Source of the DNA: Trichomonas gallinae
Taxonomy: Eukaryota
Assembly (NCBI GenBank): GCA_008369845.1
Contig: MRSU01000013.1
Span: 47,888-67,887, forward strand
Length of the DNA stretch: 20,000 nt
Reading direction: 5' to 3'
Shown: one piece after another, positions 1 through 8,646 of the stretch
Layout: each line of letters begins with the position of its first letter
Position numbering within the stretch: the stretch's first letter is position 1
The notes under the pieces: model-generated
What the model saw: only the letters and a program-made list of their open reading frames with translations
The model's database searches: none
Told to the model about the DNA's origin: nothing
Program-made: the position numbers and the translations under genes

Positions 1-13
1 ATAAGAAAAATTA

Positions 14-328
14 TTAAAATTTTGCAACTGGAACGAAGGATAGTTGATTAGGATTCATTAGCAGCTGTGGGCTTATATCTGAAGGAGAAGCTCTTTCGTA
101 AAAGTTTCTTGAATTAGATTCTGGCAATTGAGGCGATTTTTCAGGTATTTTAGACATAGTAATTAATACTTTGAATGAATCAACAGAGTCTGACGGAATG
201 GATTTCCCATCCTCAGACTTTTGAGCAGCTGGCTTAGATTTAATTGTTGTAATTGTGTTTTTATGATAATGTAACAAAAAATCCTGCAATGATTTATATC
301 CTTTTGGGAGCGGAACAGATCGGTTCAT
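14..328 (-). CDS. Small hypothetical protein (104 aa from the first ATG), Ser/Pro-rich
   Basis: The ORF track starts at a TTG (337); the first ATG is at 328 (MNRSVPLPKG...). It ends in tandem TAATAA and has coding-like GC relative to its flanks. No recognisable domain. Confidence 0.55.
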   Translation of the reverse strand: MNRSVPLPKGYKSLQDFLLHYHKNTITTIKSKPAAQKSEDGKSIPSDSVDSFKVLITMSKIPEKSPQLPESNSRNFYERASPSDISPQLLMNPNQLSFVPVAKF

Positions 329-344
329 TAAAAACAAATCTGAC

Positions 345-542
345 TATTTTACATGACATTTTATTATGTATTTCATAGAATTACATGGCAAATGATAAAT
401 TTATTTGTCAAAATCAAACTTACAATGGCAAATAATTTCTATAGTTTGAATGACAAATAAACTGGTTTATTTGTCAAAATCAAATTTACGATGACAAAAG
501 GTTTTCTGTAGTTTACATGACAAAAATAATTTACATTGACAG
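345..542. repeat. Degenerate tandem repeat (about 66-bp period) rich in TGACA/TGTCA and TTACA motifs
   Basis: TTTATTTGTCAAAATCAAA starts at 400 and 466, and similarity continues for about 60 nt. Further TTACA(A)TG(A/G)CA copies lie around 349, 381, 420 and 513. Confidence 0.8.
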
Positions 543-554
543 ATTGTCACTTTT
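543..554 (+). promoter_or_regulatory. Initiator-like element ATTGTCACTTTT
   Basis: Contains the trichomonad Inr consensus TCAYW about 50 nt upstream of ATG 600. An identical 12-mer is at 9612-9623. Confidence 0.55.
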
Positions 555-599
555 ATTACAAAATTTTCAGTTTAACAAATTCTGTTAAATAATTTTAAA

Positions 600-1067
600 A
601 TGTCATCTGCTTCAGAAGAAAGCAAGCAGGAAAGACTTAATCAAGATACAGCAAAAGCAGTCGAGGCATCAGGTGGCATAAACTACCTCTATGCAGAGTA
701 TATTCGCAAAGTTGCAAACAGAGTTGTTGCATCTGAAGATACAATCGTTGACAGACTTCAGCCAAATGTTCACGTTAACATCAGAGAAGAGGCATGGCGC
801 CAGGCTATCTGCGTCACTCTTGCATATCTTAAGAGATTCAAGATGGAAGAATCAATCGCTACAATGAGATCGGAATTTCCGGAAACACCAGTCAAATCTG
901 GATACAGTAAACGTTCTGATCTTGAAGCATTCTTCTCTGAAACTGCTGATATTATCTCAGACATGAAGAGAAAGAACTTTGATAGACGCGTAAAGGAATT
1001 CGCTGATGAAGCTGGTTTAGATCCTGCTATGCCTGTTCAAAAGAAGGAAAAGCGTCACAGACATTAA
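600..1067 (+). CDS. TOF/LisH-motif protein, FOP/FOR20/TONNEAU1-like (putative basal body/centrosome protein)
   Basis: ATG in AAAATG context. KAVEASGGINYLYAEYIRKV resembles the TOF motif (L..sGvl..lkAelR..V). WRQAICVTLAYLKRFKMEESIATMRSEF resembles a LisH motif (YL...gm..t...f..E). Confidence 0.65.
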   Translation: MSSASEESKQERLNQDTAKAVEASGGINYLYAEYIRKVANRVVASEDTIVDRLQPNVHVNIREEAWRQAICVTLAYLKRFKMEESIATMRSEFPETPVKSGYSKRSDLEAFFSETADIISDMKRKNFDRRVKEFADEAGLDPAMPVQKKEKRHRH

Positions 1068-1579
1068 TTTGTCTGAGTGGTTCGGCATCATTTTTACAGT
1101 TTAATTACTTGTCTCTTAAAAATAAATATTAAATTATTATGATCTCTACGTCTAAAAATGGATTAAGTATTTTATATATTTCTTTATTAACTTAAATTGA
1201 TAAAGATAATGCTGTGCATTACATCTATAAAATGATATTTCAATATAGTTATCTAAAACATAATGAGACTCAATTAAATGGATGGAATTCGGTTTTATCT
1301 CAATATAGACTTATTATCATCGTAATCTATTGTGTATTATCTTGAAATGAGTTCAAAACATGAGAGAATCCACTTTAATCACTCTATTTGCTTCATATTT
1401 AGTTTATGATTTACTTTTTATGAGTTGAGACTAGAATATATTATTTGCATAAACACCAGAAAATGATTGCTATGTGTTTTATCGTTTATTTATAAAAAAA
1501 AAATTAGATTATTATGAAATTTTATAACAAACAAATAAAAATTGTATCTACAAACACTTACTTGAACCTCTATGCAATG

Positions 1580-2443
1580 CTATGGTTCTTTTTTATCATT
1601 AAGTATCTTTTTCTCTATATCTTCTTCTTCAACATTGGAATTTCGTTCTTTTTTCTTCAAAACTTTTATTTTCTTCTTTATCCTCTGCCCTGAATTACTC
1701 TTTTCCTTTTCTGTTGCTTGTTCTGATAAATTTAAAGGAATTTGATGATCTGTTGGCGATTCACCATCAATTTCATGTGGAAATCTAGATTTTGGTTCAT
1801 CATGAGGCGGAGAAACCATAAATGAGCCATCTTCAATGATATCGTGTTGTTGAATAGAATAAATATGTTCGAAAGATGGCTTAGGTATTGAATCTTCGTC
1901 TATCACTATCAATGCACTATCCTTTGGCTGTTGTGAAAGCAAGTTTTGAACATTAGAATTTGATGATTTAATTTGATGCCATAAATTATCAATATTTGAG
2001 TGAATCTTCTTTATATGCTTGTCAAGATATTCAGAAGATTTGAATTTCTGATTGCAAATAGGGCAAGGATGAATTTCACCTTTTAATACATCAATTAAAC
2101 TTCTAGCTTTCGTATATGAACTTTCTAGGGACTGATACATTTCTTGCATTCTCCATATGATTTCGTCTTTTTGTTCAATTGCTTTTTTATATCTAATTGA
2201 TCCTTCAACTAACATTGTACAAGCAACTTGACATAGCCTGAGGAATTTAGGAAGTACCGGGTTATTATATTTCGCAGGATCATCTATAATATCGATTTGT
2301 TTGAATCTCTTGATAAATAATTTAATTGTTTCTGTTTGATGAAGAGATAGAATCTCATCTGGATTGAAGGAATCAATGAAGTCCCAATCAATGTTCTTCG
2401 ATTTCTCGGTCTCAGATTTGCTTCTTTGACCAGAATCAATCAT
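1580..2443 (-). CDS. DZIP1/Iguana-like protein: Dzip-like N domain, coiled coil, one C2H2 zinc finger
   Basis: IDWDFIDSFNPDEI...PVLPKFLRLCQV resembles DZIP1 (vDWr.l..idvD.v...PvLlKliRLaQ). It is followed by a coiled coil and the C2H2 finger CPICNQKFKSSEYLDKHIKKIH (2000-2065). Confidence 0.75.
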   Translation of the reverse strand: MIDSGQRSKSETEKSKNIDWDFIDSFNPDEILSLHQTETIKLFIKRFKQIDIIDDPAKYNNPVLPKFLRLCQVACTMLVEGSIRYKKAIEQKDEIIWRMQEMYQSLESSYTKARSLIDVLKGEIHPCPICNQKFKSSEYLDKHIKKIHSNIDNLWHQIKSSNSNVQNLLSQQPKDSALIVIDEDSIPKPSFEHIYSIQQHDIIEDGSFMVSPPHDEPKSRFPHEIDGESPTDHQIPLNLSEQATEKEKSNSGQRIKKKIKVLKKKERNSNVEEEDIEKKILNDKKEP

Positions 2444-3569
2444 CGAAAAATAAACGTTTTTTAATAATTTAATTTTTTATCGAAAATTTTCGGTGATTTT
2501 TTGTTTTTATTATACTATTATGTGTTTAGATGCAAAATCTAATATTTCGCAAATTGAATGAGCTAAAATTTTCAAAATTTTCGATCTGAAACTATTAAAA
2601 ATAAACAATTGACTTGATATTAATTCTGATTTGCGAGGAAATTTCAATTAAATCGTAGTAACTCCAAAGATTCCGGGGAAAAATCTTAGTAGACTAAACA
2701 TCATACATACATATAGTGATTATATGGTAGAAGCATTAAAACTCAAGCTTCATTAGAAAGTTTCTTGCAAATGCATTTGGATTCCTGACTGGTAAAAGGT
2801 AAGCATTCATTCTCTCAAGGCATGATATATAATTATATATGAATACAAAGGATTATTTTATTCAATTCCACAAATAATTTGCTGTTTTGAAAATATTTGC
2901 ACCATTTTAGATGATATTGAATGCATTGGCGATAATATCTAAATTTACGAATATATTTTAGGGCTCAAAGTTATTTTAAACAGATATCTTTATAAAAAAA
3001 TCAAAATAATTTTGTTCAACTTTGGAACATTTGACATCTATAAAAATATCTAATAAATTATCGATACTGATGATCATTTAGCAAAAATTCAAGATTTTTT
3101 GAATTTTGTATAATGAATAAAGATTCATGTAGAATTGAGATTCTTTCAGCTATATGAAATGCCCCTTAAATATTAACCCATTATATTTTTGATTTTTTTA
3201 ATGCATTGTATCAAAATATCTATTAAAACAAGAAAATTTGAACCAATTCAATGCTTGAGTCATTATATAACTTGCAGTAGCAATATTATTGAGCCCATCA
3301 TCAATTTGTGATATTGTTGCTTGTTGATTGCGATCAACAACTCTATGAGGCCTTCTTCTGAAGCTTTCAATTTAAATTGATATACATGGCCATACATCAA
3401 TCAAATTTCAAAGTACAGATTCTTGAATAAAAATAAAAAAAAACAAGAGTAAAATTTTCAATGATATCGATTACTCATAGTGACATTTACTATAATTTGG
3501 TTATGTTTTCAGAGATAATCATTTAACATGCACGTTATATCAGATCAAATTCATCTCAATTATCTGTAA

Positions 3570-3577
3570 AACCGTTA
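3570..3577 (+). promoter_or_regulatory. M3-like / Myb recognition element AACCGTTA
   Basis: Matches the T. vaginalis core promoter motif 3 pattern as I recall it (DRCSGYTD) and the Myb core CNGTTR. It lies about 40 nt upstream of the Myb ATG. Confidence 0.45.
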
Positions 3578-3614
3578 CACAATCTTTGAAAATCAAATTA
3601 AAATAAAATTCAAA

Positions 3615-4094
3615 ATGGAGAAGAGGAGTGAAAAAAAGTTAGGAAAGAATAGCAGAAGGATGTTCACTCCTGAAGAAGATTTGGTAATTATATCGATGTT
3701 TGGGCAGCAATCCAACAAAAATTGGAATCAAATTGCGAGTTTATTAAAAAATCGAACAGCAAGACAAGTGCGAGAAAGGTTTAAAAATTACCTATCACCA
3801 GGAATTAAAAATGGACCTTGGACTCGCGAAGAAGACCAACTTTTGAGAGATTTATACCAACAATATGGTTCAAAATGGTCTAAAATTTCAAACCACTTCC
3901 CAAGCAGATCAGAAATCAATATTAAAAACAGATGGACTTCTATATCCAAGGTCATTCCTGTCAAAATCGAAAAAAATATTGACGATAAAGAGAATATTCA
4001 ACATCTAGAGGAGTTGGATTCCACAGAGTTTGATGCATTCCAGTACGACAGTGATCCTCAAATGGATATATTTGATTTACAGTTCCAAATATAG
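3615..4094 (+). CDS. R2R3 Myb-like DNA-binding protein
   Basis: Two Myb repeats: FTPEED...NWNQIASLLKNRTARQVRERFKNYLSP and GPWTREEDQLL...YGSKWSKISNHFPSRSEINIKNRW. Acidic C-terminal tail. Confidence 0.95.
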   Translation: MEKRSEKKLGKNSRRMFTPEEDLVIISMFGQQSNKNWNQIASLLKNRTARQVRERFKNYLSPGIKNGPWTREEDQLLRDLYQQYGSKWSKISNHFPSRSEINIKNRWTSISKVIPVKIEKNIDDKENIQHLEELDSTEFDAFQYDSDPQMDIFDLQFQI

Positions 4095-4709
4095 ATTGTT
4101 TTTCTTGTTCATTTAATTAAAGCCGTTATTATTGCGCTTAACCGCTGTTAATTTTCATGTTTTTTTAAGCTTTTTTGATGATCGAATATCAAATCTTTTG
4201 GAATTAAACCTATTTTACATATATTTACAGCTGCAATATTACTATATTTATATAGTGAGTGCATCACATGTATGTAATGATCGGTGAACATTGAATATTT
4301 GATCATGACATTTCAGAAATAAGGACTCTAAAGGAAAATAAGTTTAGAAATTGATCAACACATTGAGTAGCACTGTTATATACTACTGAAATCGAAATCG
4401 AGAACATTAGATAATATTAACCCAAAACTATTGTCTACTATCCTAATGGTCAAAGAAACATATAATTTAGCCTATATGAATACTGATAATTTCAACCAAA
4501 ACGCCTACTATAAGAATTATATTTAATTCAAATTAAAATATCAAAATTTCCGATTGTTTTCAAGTCCCATAATGGTACATGAGTAGAAGAACTTATATTA
4601 CATAAGCAAAATTTAATTATCGAAAATATATTGTTGACATCATCTTGGATAACTAATATATAATCATATTTATCATACATACAAAACATACTAAACTATA
4701 AAAAAGAAA

Positions 4710-5657
4710 TCAATCAGATATCATTGATTTCTTCATATTCTGTAAAACAATTAACCTTTGTTTCATTTCATCGAGCTTAGATACCTTCTGCTCATGCTTT
4801 TGCTTTGATGAAACTAACTCTAAATTCAATTTTTCGATTTCTTGATCAACATCAGATTTTCTAGCTAAAATTATGTCCATTTGATTCATTAGTTCTGTCA
4901 TTTTGCTTCTCATTCCGAATGATCGCACATTCACAAGTTTCTTTTTCGAATCATTTAATTCATTAGCTAGCAATGCAATGTTACTTTCCAATTCTTCAAT
5001 TGACTTTTTATCTTCTTCCTTTTGCAAAGAAATCTCCAAACGAAGAAACTCATCGAGATCATCATACTTTTTTTTCAAGTATCTATATTTGTTCTTGATT
5101 TGATCGGAAACTTTTTGAATAGTAAGCTCATCTATTGGTTTATCAAGTTCAGCTTGCTTTTCAATAACAACATTTCTCAATTCTGAAACTTTTTTATTTA
5201 AATCGATGAGTACATATGTTTGTTCAAGAAGAGATGGATCCTTGACACGATTTTTAATTATTGAAATTAGATAATCATTGTAATTTGAAATTAAATTTGT
5301 AATATCATGTTTGGAGATCTCATTTTCGTTTTTAAATTCCATTGTTGCAAGAGTTTTATGATAGTACTCGTTTAACATAACGCTTAAATTTCTTAAATCT
5401 TTATTTTCTTGCGCTTCGATATTTAATTTTAACTGTAATTTCTCATTTTGTCGCTTCTGTTGTTTCACTGTATCTTTTAGTGGTACAGATGCCTTCTGAT
5501 CTTTATCAGAAACCTTTGATAAAAATGCTGTTAGGTTTTCTGTTTTGCTTTCTTCATCAATAATGTTTCTGCGAGAAGACTGTGCCACTCCTAATCTCTC
5601 GACACTAAATCCAATTCTATCTTTCTTCCCCGAAAATTTAGTTGAAGAGAGATCCAT
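4710..5657 (-). CDS. Hypothetical coiled-coil protein (315 aa from the first in-frame ATG)
   Basis: The ORF track start at 5672 is TTG; the first in-frame ATG is 5657 (MDLSSTKF). It has long E/K/L/Q-rich heptad stretches and a TCATT Inr-like motif just upstream. Confidence 0.85.
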   Translation of the reverse strand: MDLSSTKFSGKKDRIGFSVERLGVAQSSRRNIIDEESKTENLTAFLSKVSDKDQKASVPLKDTVKQQKRQNEKLQLKLNIEAQENKDLRNLSVMLNEYYHKTLATMEFKNENEISKHDITNLISNYNDYLISIIKNRVKDPSLLEQTYVLIDLNKKVSELRNVVIEKQAELDKPIDELTIQKVSDQIKNKYRYLKKKYDDLDEFLRLEISLQKEEDKKSIEELESNIALLANELNDSKKKLVNVRSFGMRSKMTELMNQMDIILARKSDVDQEIEKLNLELVSSKQKHEQKVSKLDEMKQRLIVLQNMKKSMISD

Positions 5658-5693
5658 ATTTTTAAACGGCAATGACGATCATCTTTTCTTAAT

Positions 5694-5705
5694 AAAAAGT
5701 GACAA
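5694..5705 (-). promoter_or_regulatory. Initiator-like element TTGTCACTTTTT
   Basis: The + strand reads AAAAAGTGACAA. It has the same TGTCACTTTT core as at 545 and 9614 and lies about 40 nt upstream of ATG 5657. Confidence 0.5.
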
Positions 5706-5955
5706 AAGATTTTAGGAAAAATAATTAAAGCAATATATATACTTAAGACAATCAATCCGCTATATAACCTACCTAAACTTCACAAATATTGCGAAAATAT
5801 CTTATAATAAGTTAATATTGAAAATTAGAGATTTATCATCATCAAAGAAAACCAAAAATTAAATGATTTTTAATTGACAATTGATATATTATAATGATAT
5901 AAATGATTTAAAATGATGGAAAATAATTTTGTCATATAAAATTTCAAAAATTTAC

Positions 5956-6627
5956 ATGTCAGAAATAATTTTAAAAATGGATCCATTTATATTGGAAGAA
6001 GTTAAATCTTTATTTGATAAGTTTTCACAGAAACCAACAGCGAGAATATTGCATAGATTCTCTGCCAGCGGTGATGCTACGGTTACAATGGAAGATATAA
6101 AAAAGAAATTACAAAATAAGAAATACGCGAGCCCATTTGACTTCATTTTAGATGTACGCGAGTTATTATTCAGAGCACAAGAAAAATACGCAAATGATGT
6201 TAATGCAACGTTAGTTCTTGAAGATTTATCACTTCATTTCGAAAGAAAAGCTGGATCTCTTCCAAGATCACGTGCAGAAAAAGTTCAGAAACTATTTAAG
6301 AAAGATATCGAGAAATTTACATTAATCAGAAGAGCAATGTCATTATCTGCATATTCTCCGAAGTCAACACGCATTGTTCCTGCTAAAATACCAGTATCTA
6401 AATCTATGCATGGCCCTCCTGCTCCTCTTGTCCAGGAAATTCAAAGATTAATTAACGAAGTTACTGATGTTTCTGTTTTAGCTGAAATGTGTCGTATATT
6501 GAAGACACATATACCGAACTTTGAATTGACTGAAGTTGCAACTATTGATGTTAAGAATTTATCATCTCAATGTATCGAAGATCTTCGAAACTTGTTGGTG
6601 AAGCAAAAGAAAGAAACTACAGCTTAA
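5956..6627 (+). CDS. Degenerate bromodomain plus extra-terminal (ET/NET) domain protein
   Basis: The track start 5929 is TTG; the first ATG is 5956 (alternative 5977). TMEDIKKKLQNKKYASPFDFILDVRELLF matches bromodomain helices A-B (mDl.tIk.kL....Y.s..eF..Dv.l.f). The C-terminal EIQRLINEV...LAEMCRILK...TIDVKNLSSQCIEDLRNLL matches an ET domain. Confidence 0.8.
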   Translation: MSEIILKMDPFILEEVKSLFDKFSQKPTARILHRFSASGDATVTMEDIKKKLQNKKYASPFDFILDVRELLFRAQEKYANDVNATLVLEDLSLHFERKAGSLPRSRAEKVQKLFKKDIEKFTLIRRAMSLSAYSPKSTRIVPAKIPVSKSMHGPPAPLVQEIQRLINEVTDVSVLAEMCRILKTHIPNFELTEVATIDVKNLSSQCIEDLRNLLVKQKKETTA

Positions 6628-6947
6628 GTAGCACTTATTCATCATTAGAAATAATATTTAGATTGTATATTAATAATAAATTTACATTTTACAGAATATT
6701 TTATTGTGTATGATCAATTTTCGTCCCTTTTCATAAATGATGAGATTTGGACTTGAATAAATTAATAATCAGTCAATAACTTTTAATAACATTTTCAATA
6801 ATTAAATTTGCGCATTTTGGAACAAAGGATTAAGCTATAGATCTGTACAACAATAATTATCTTAATGATGAAACAAAGAATAATGAGAAAAATTAATTTC
6901 TCAATCAATAATGGTTTCTCATTAAGTTTAACATGTTGAATTAGATA

Positions 6948-8096
6948 TTAGTCAGCCTTCAGGTGTGTTTGCTCTAATATTGGATGAAATGCTTCTTTCC
7001 AAGATTTATCCCATGGAACAAGTCTTTCTTTGCATTCTTCTCTCATTGCATTGAGATCAACATTTTTGTCAACAAATACATTTTTAACAATGGCAAATAA
7101 TTCTTCAGATGTTTTGAAGAAAAATCCCGTTGATTCCGAAATAGCCTCTTTAACACATCCTCGGAGCATAACTGCCACTGGTATACATGCCCATTCCATT
7201 TCCACGAGCTCTGGTGATAAATCTAGAATTGGACGAGCGCCATTAAAACAAATTCCAAGATCACATGCGCCAAGCACCCTTGGATATGCATCAGAAAGCA
7301 TTGGAAGAACTACAACCTTTACATTTTTAAGCTTAAGATTATTTAGAGAATGTTCAAGCTGGGTTTGATTTTTTCCTCCACCAAAAGCACAGAAACACAG
7401 TGGCATATTTAATGAATCACTTCTAGTGGCTATGTCTACTACCTCTGATGCTTGTGATTCCTCTGTAATTGGAATTCCAATTAATCCAGTTTCTTTTGTG
7501 ATTCCAAGGAGTGTATTAATATCATTTCTGTATTCCATGCTTGGCTGAAAGAGAGTTCCTGGATTATCACGAATGATTATACTTGGAATTTTCTTAATTT
7601 GAAGAAATCCTTGTATTGATCTAGTGGGAACAATGCATATATCAGCATAAGATGGAATACTTGTCTCTATTTTCATGAAAATACGATTCGTACTCTTCTT
7701 TACTGATTTAAATGGACGAATATCAAAAACTAATTTTGATTTTTTAATGCGCTGTAAGATTTTTGCTATGACAATATTAAATACAATGCGTGATGTTGAT
7801 GTAACAATGATATCAATTGGTCCAAGATTAGTAAATAAAGATATTATTGTGACAAGTCGAACAATGAGTAAAAATGGAATGATCAAAATGTTCATTGACA
7901 GCAAACTAGAGTTTCCATGAGGATTTTGACGTATTTTAATGTTTGGATGATTTTCGATATCTGAAGGTAGAATGGAATTGCAATTTCCTATTAAATAAAC
8001 TTGTGTATCTGGCTGATCTGCAAATGATTTCGCATGTCGTAACAGCCGAAAATTGGTGCCAAGATCGTCAAACGAGAAAACAACAACTTTCGGCAT
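6948..8096 (-). CDS. ALG1-like (chitobiosyldiphosphodolichol beta-mannosyltransferase family, GT-B fold) glycosyltransferase, divergent
   Basis: The N-terminal DDLGTNFRLLRHAKSFA resembles ALG1 GDiGrSPRMqYHAlSLA. The C-terminal DAYPRVLGACDLGICF...LDLSPELVEM..CIPV...GCVKEAI resembles eDYP.lLg.aDLGVcLH.SSSGLDLPMKVVDMFG.glPV...cl.ELV. Confidence 0.8.
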   Translation of the reverse strand: MPKVVVFSFDDLGTNFRLLRHAKSFADQPDTQVYLIGNCNSILPSDIENHPNIKIRQNPHGNSSLLSMNILIIPFLLIVRLVTIISLFTNLGPIDIIVTSTSRIVFNIVIAKILQRIKKSKLVFDIRPFKSVKKSTNRIFMKIETSIPSYADICIVPTRSIQGFLQIKKIPSIIIRDNPGTLFQPSMEYRNDINTLLGITKETGLIGIPITEESQASEVVDIATRSDSLNMPLCFCAFGGGKNQTQLEHSLNNLKLKNVKVVVLPMLSDAYPRVLGACDLGICFNGARPILDLSPELVEMEWACIPVAVMLRGCVKEAISESTGFFFKTSEELFAIVKNVFVDKNVDLNAMREECKERLVPWDKSWKEAFHPILEQTHLKAD

Positions 8097-8104
8097 AATA
8101 CGAG

Positions 8105-8117
8105 AATGAAAAAGTGA
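8105..8117 (-). promoter_or_regulatory. Tandem Inr element TCACTTTTTCATT
   Basis: Double TCAYT, closely matching the classic trichomonad Inr TCAYTWYTCATTA, ending 8 nt before ATG 8096. Confidence 0.8.
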
Positions 8118-8646
8118 ATTTTTCTAAAAATCTAATATGGTAAAATATATTTTTAAGCAATTAATTTAATAGTTAACTCAGTATATTATAACATTATTTA
8201 TTTAAAATCTAAAAATATTAATATCTTGTTGTGATTTTTTACATTTTTTAGTTCTATGAATTGCTTTGTATCATTTTGATCAATTGCAGCAGAAAACAAC
8301 TAAATTTCGAATTATCAATGAATTTATACCTTGTATAATATAGAGAATATGTAAACTTATTTCATTTTCAACAATTATATTTTGATGCGGCCAAATTGTT
8401 AGTACACAGCTGAAATTCGAAGAGTTCATTATTCATCAAAAATATAATATCATCTTCAATTGTTCAAGGATGCTAATTCAATTAAAATTGAAATTCATAA
8501 ATCAGCAGGATTTTTAGATCAAAACCGTAACATATGATCCATATTTCGCTAAAATGAATATCCATAATGTCCATAAATATGCATTATCTATATTAAAATT
8601 ATTCAATTTTATTATAAAGCTAAATAAATGTTTTATTAGAGTAAAT

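Noticed and set aside
1480..1582. Possible stop readthrough or intron (GTAAGT) after the DZIP1-like TAG
   Set aside because: The downstream frame is AT-rich and UTR-like, and I found no branch point or acceptor consensus.
8398..8404. Branch-point-like TACTAAC on the minus strand
   Set aside because: It is followed by AATTTGG rather than the ACACAG acceptor of trichomonad introns, and it lies in intergenic DNA.
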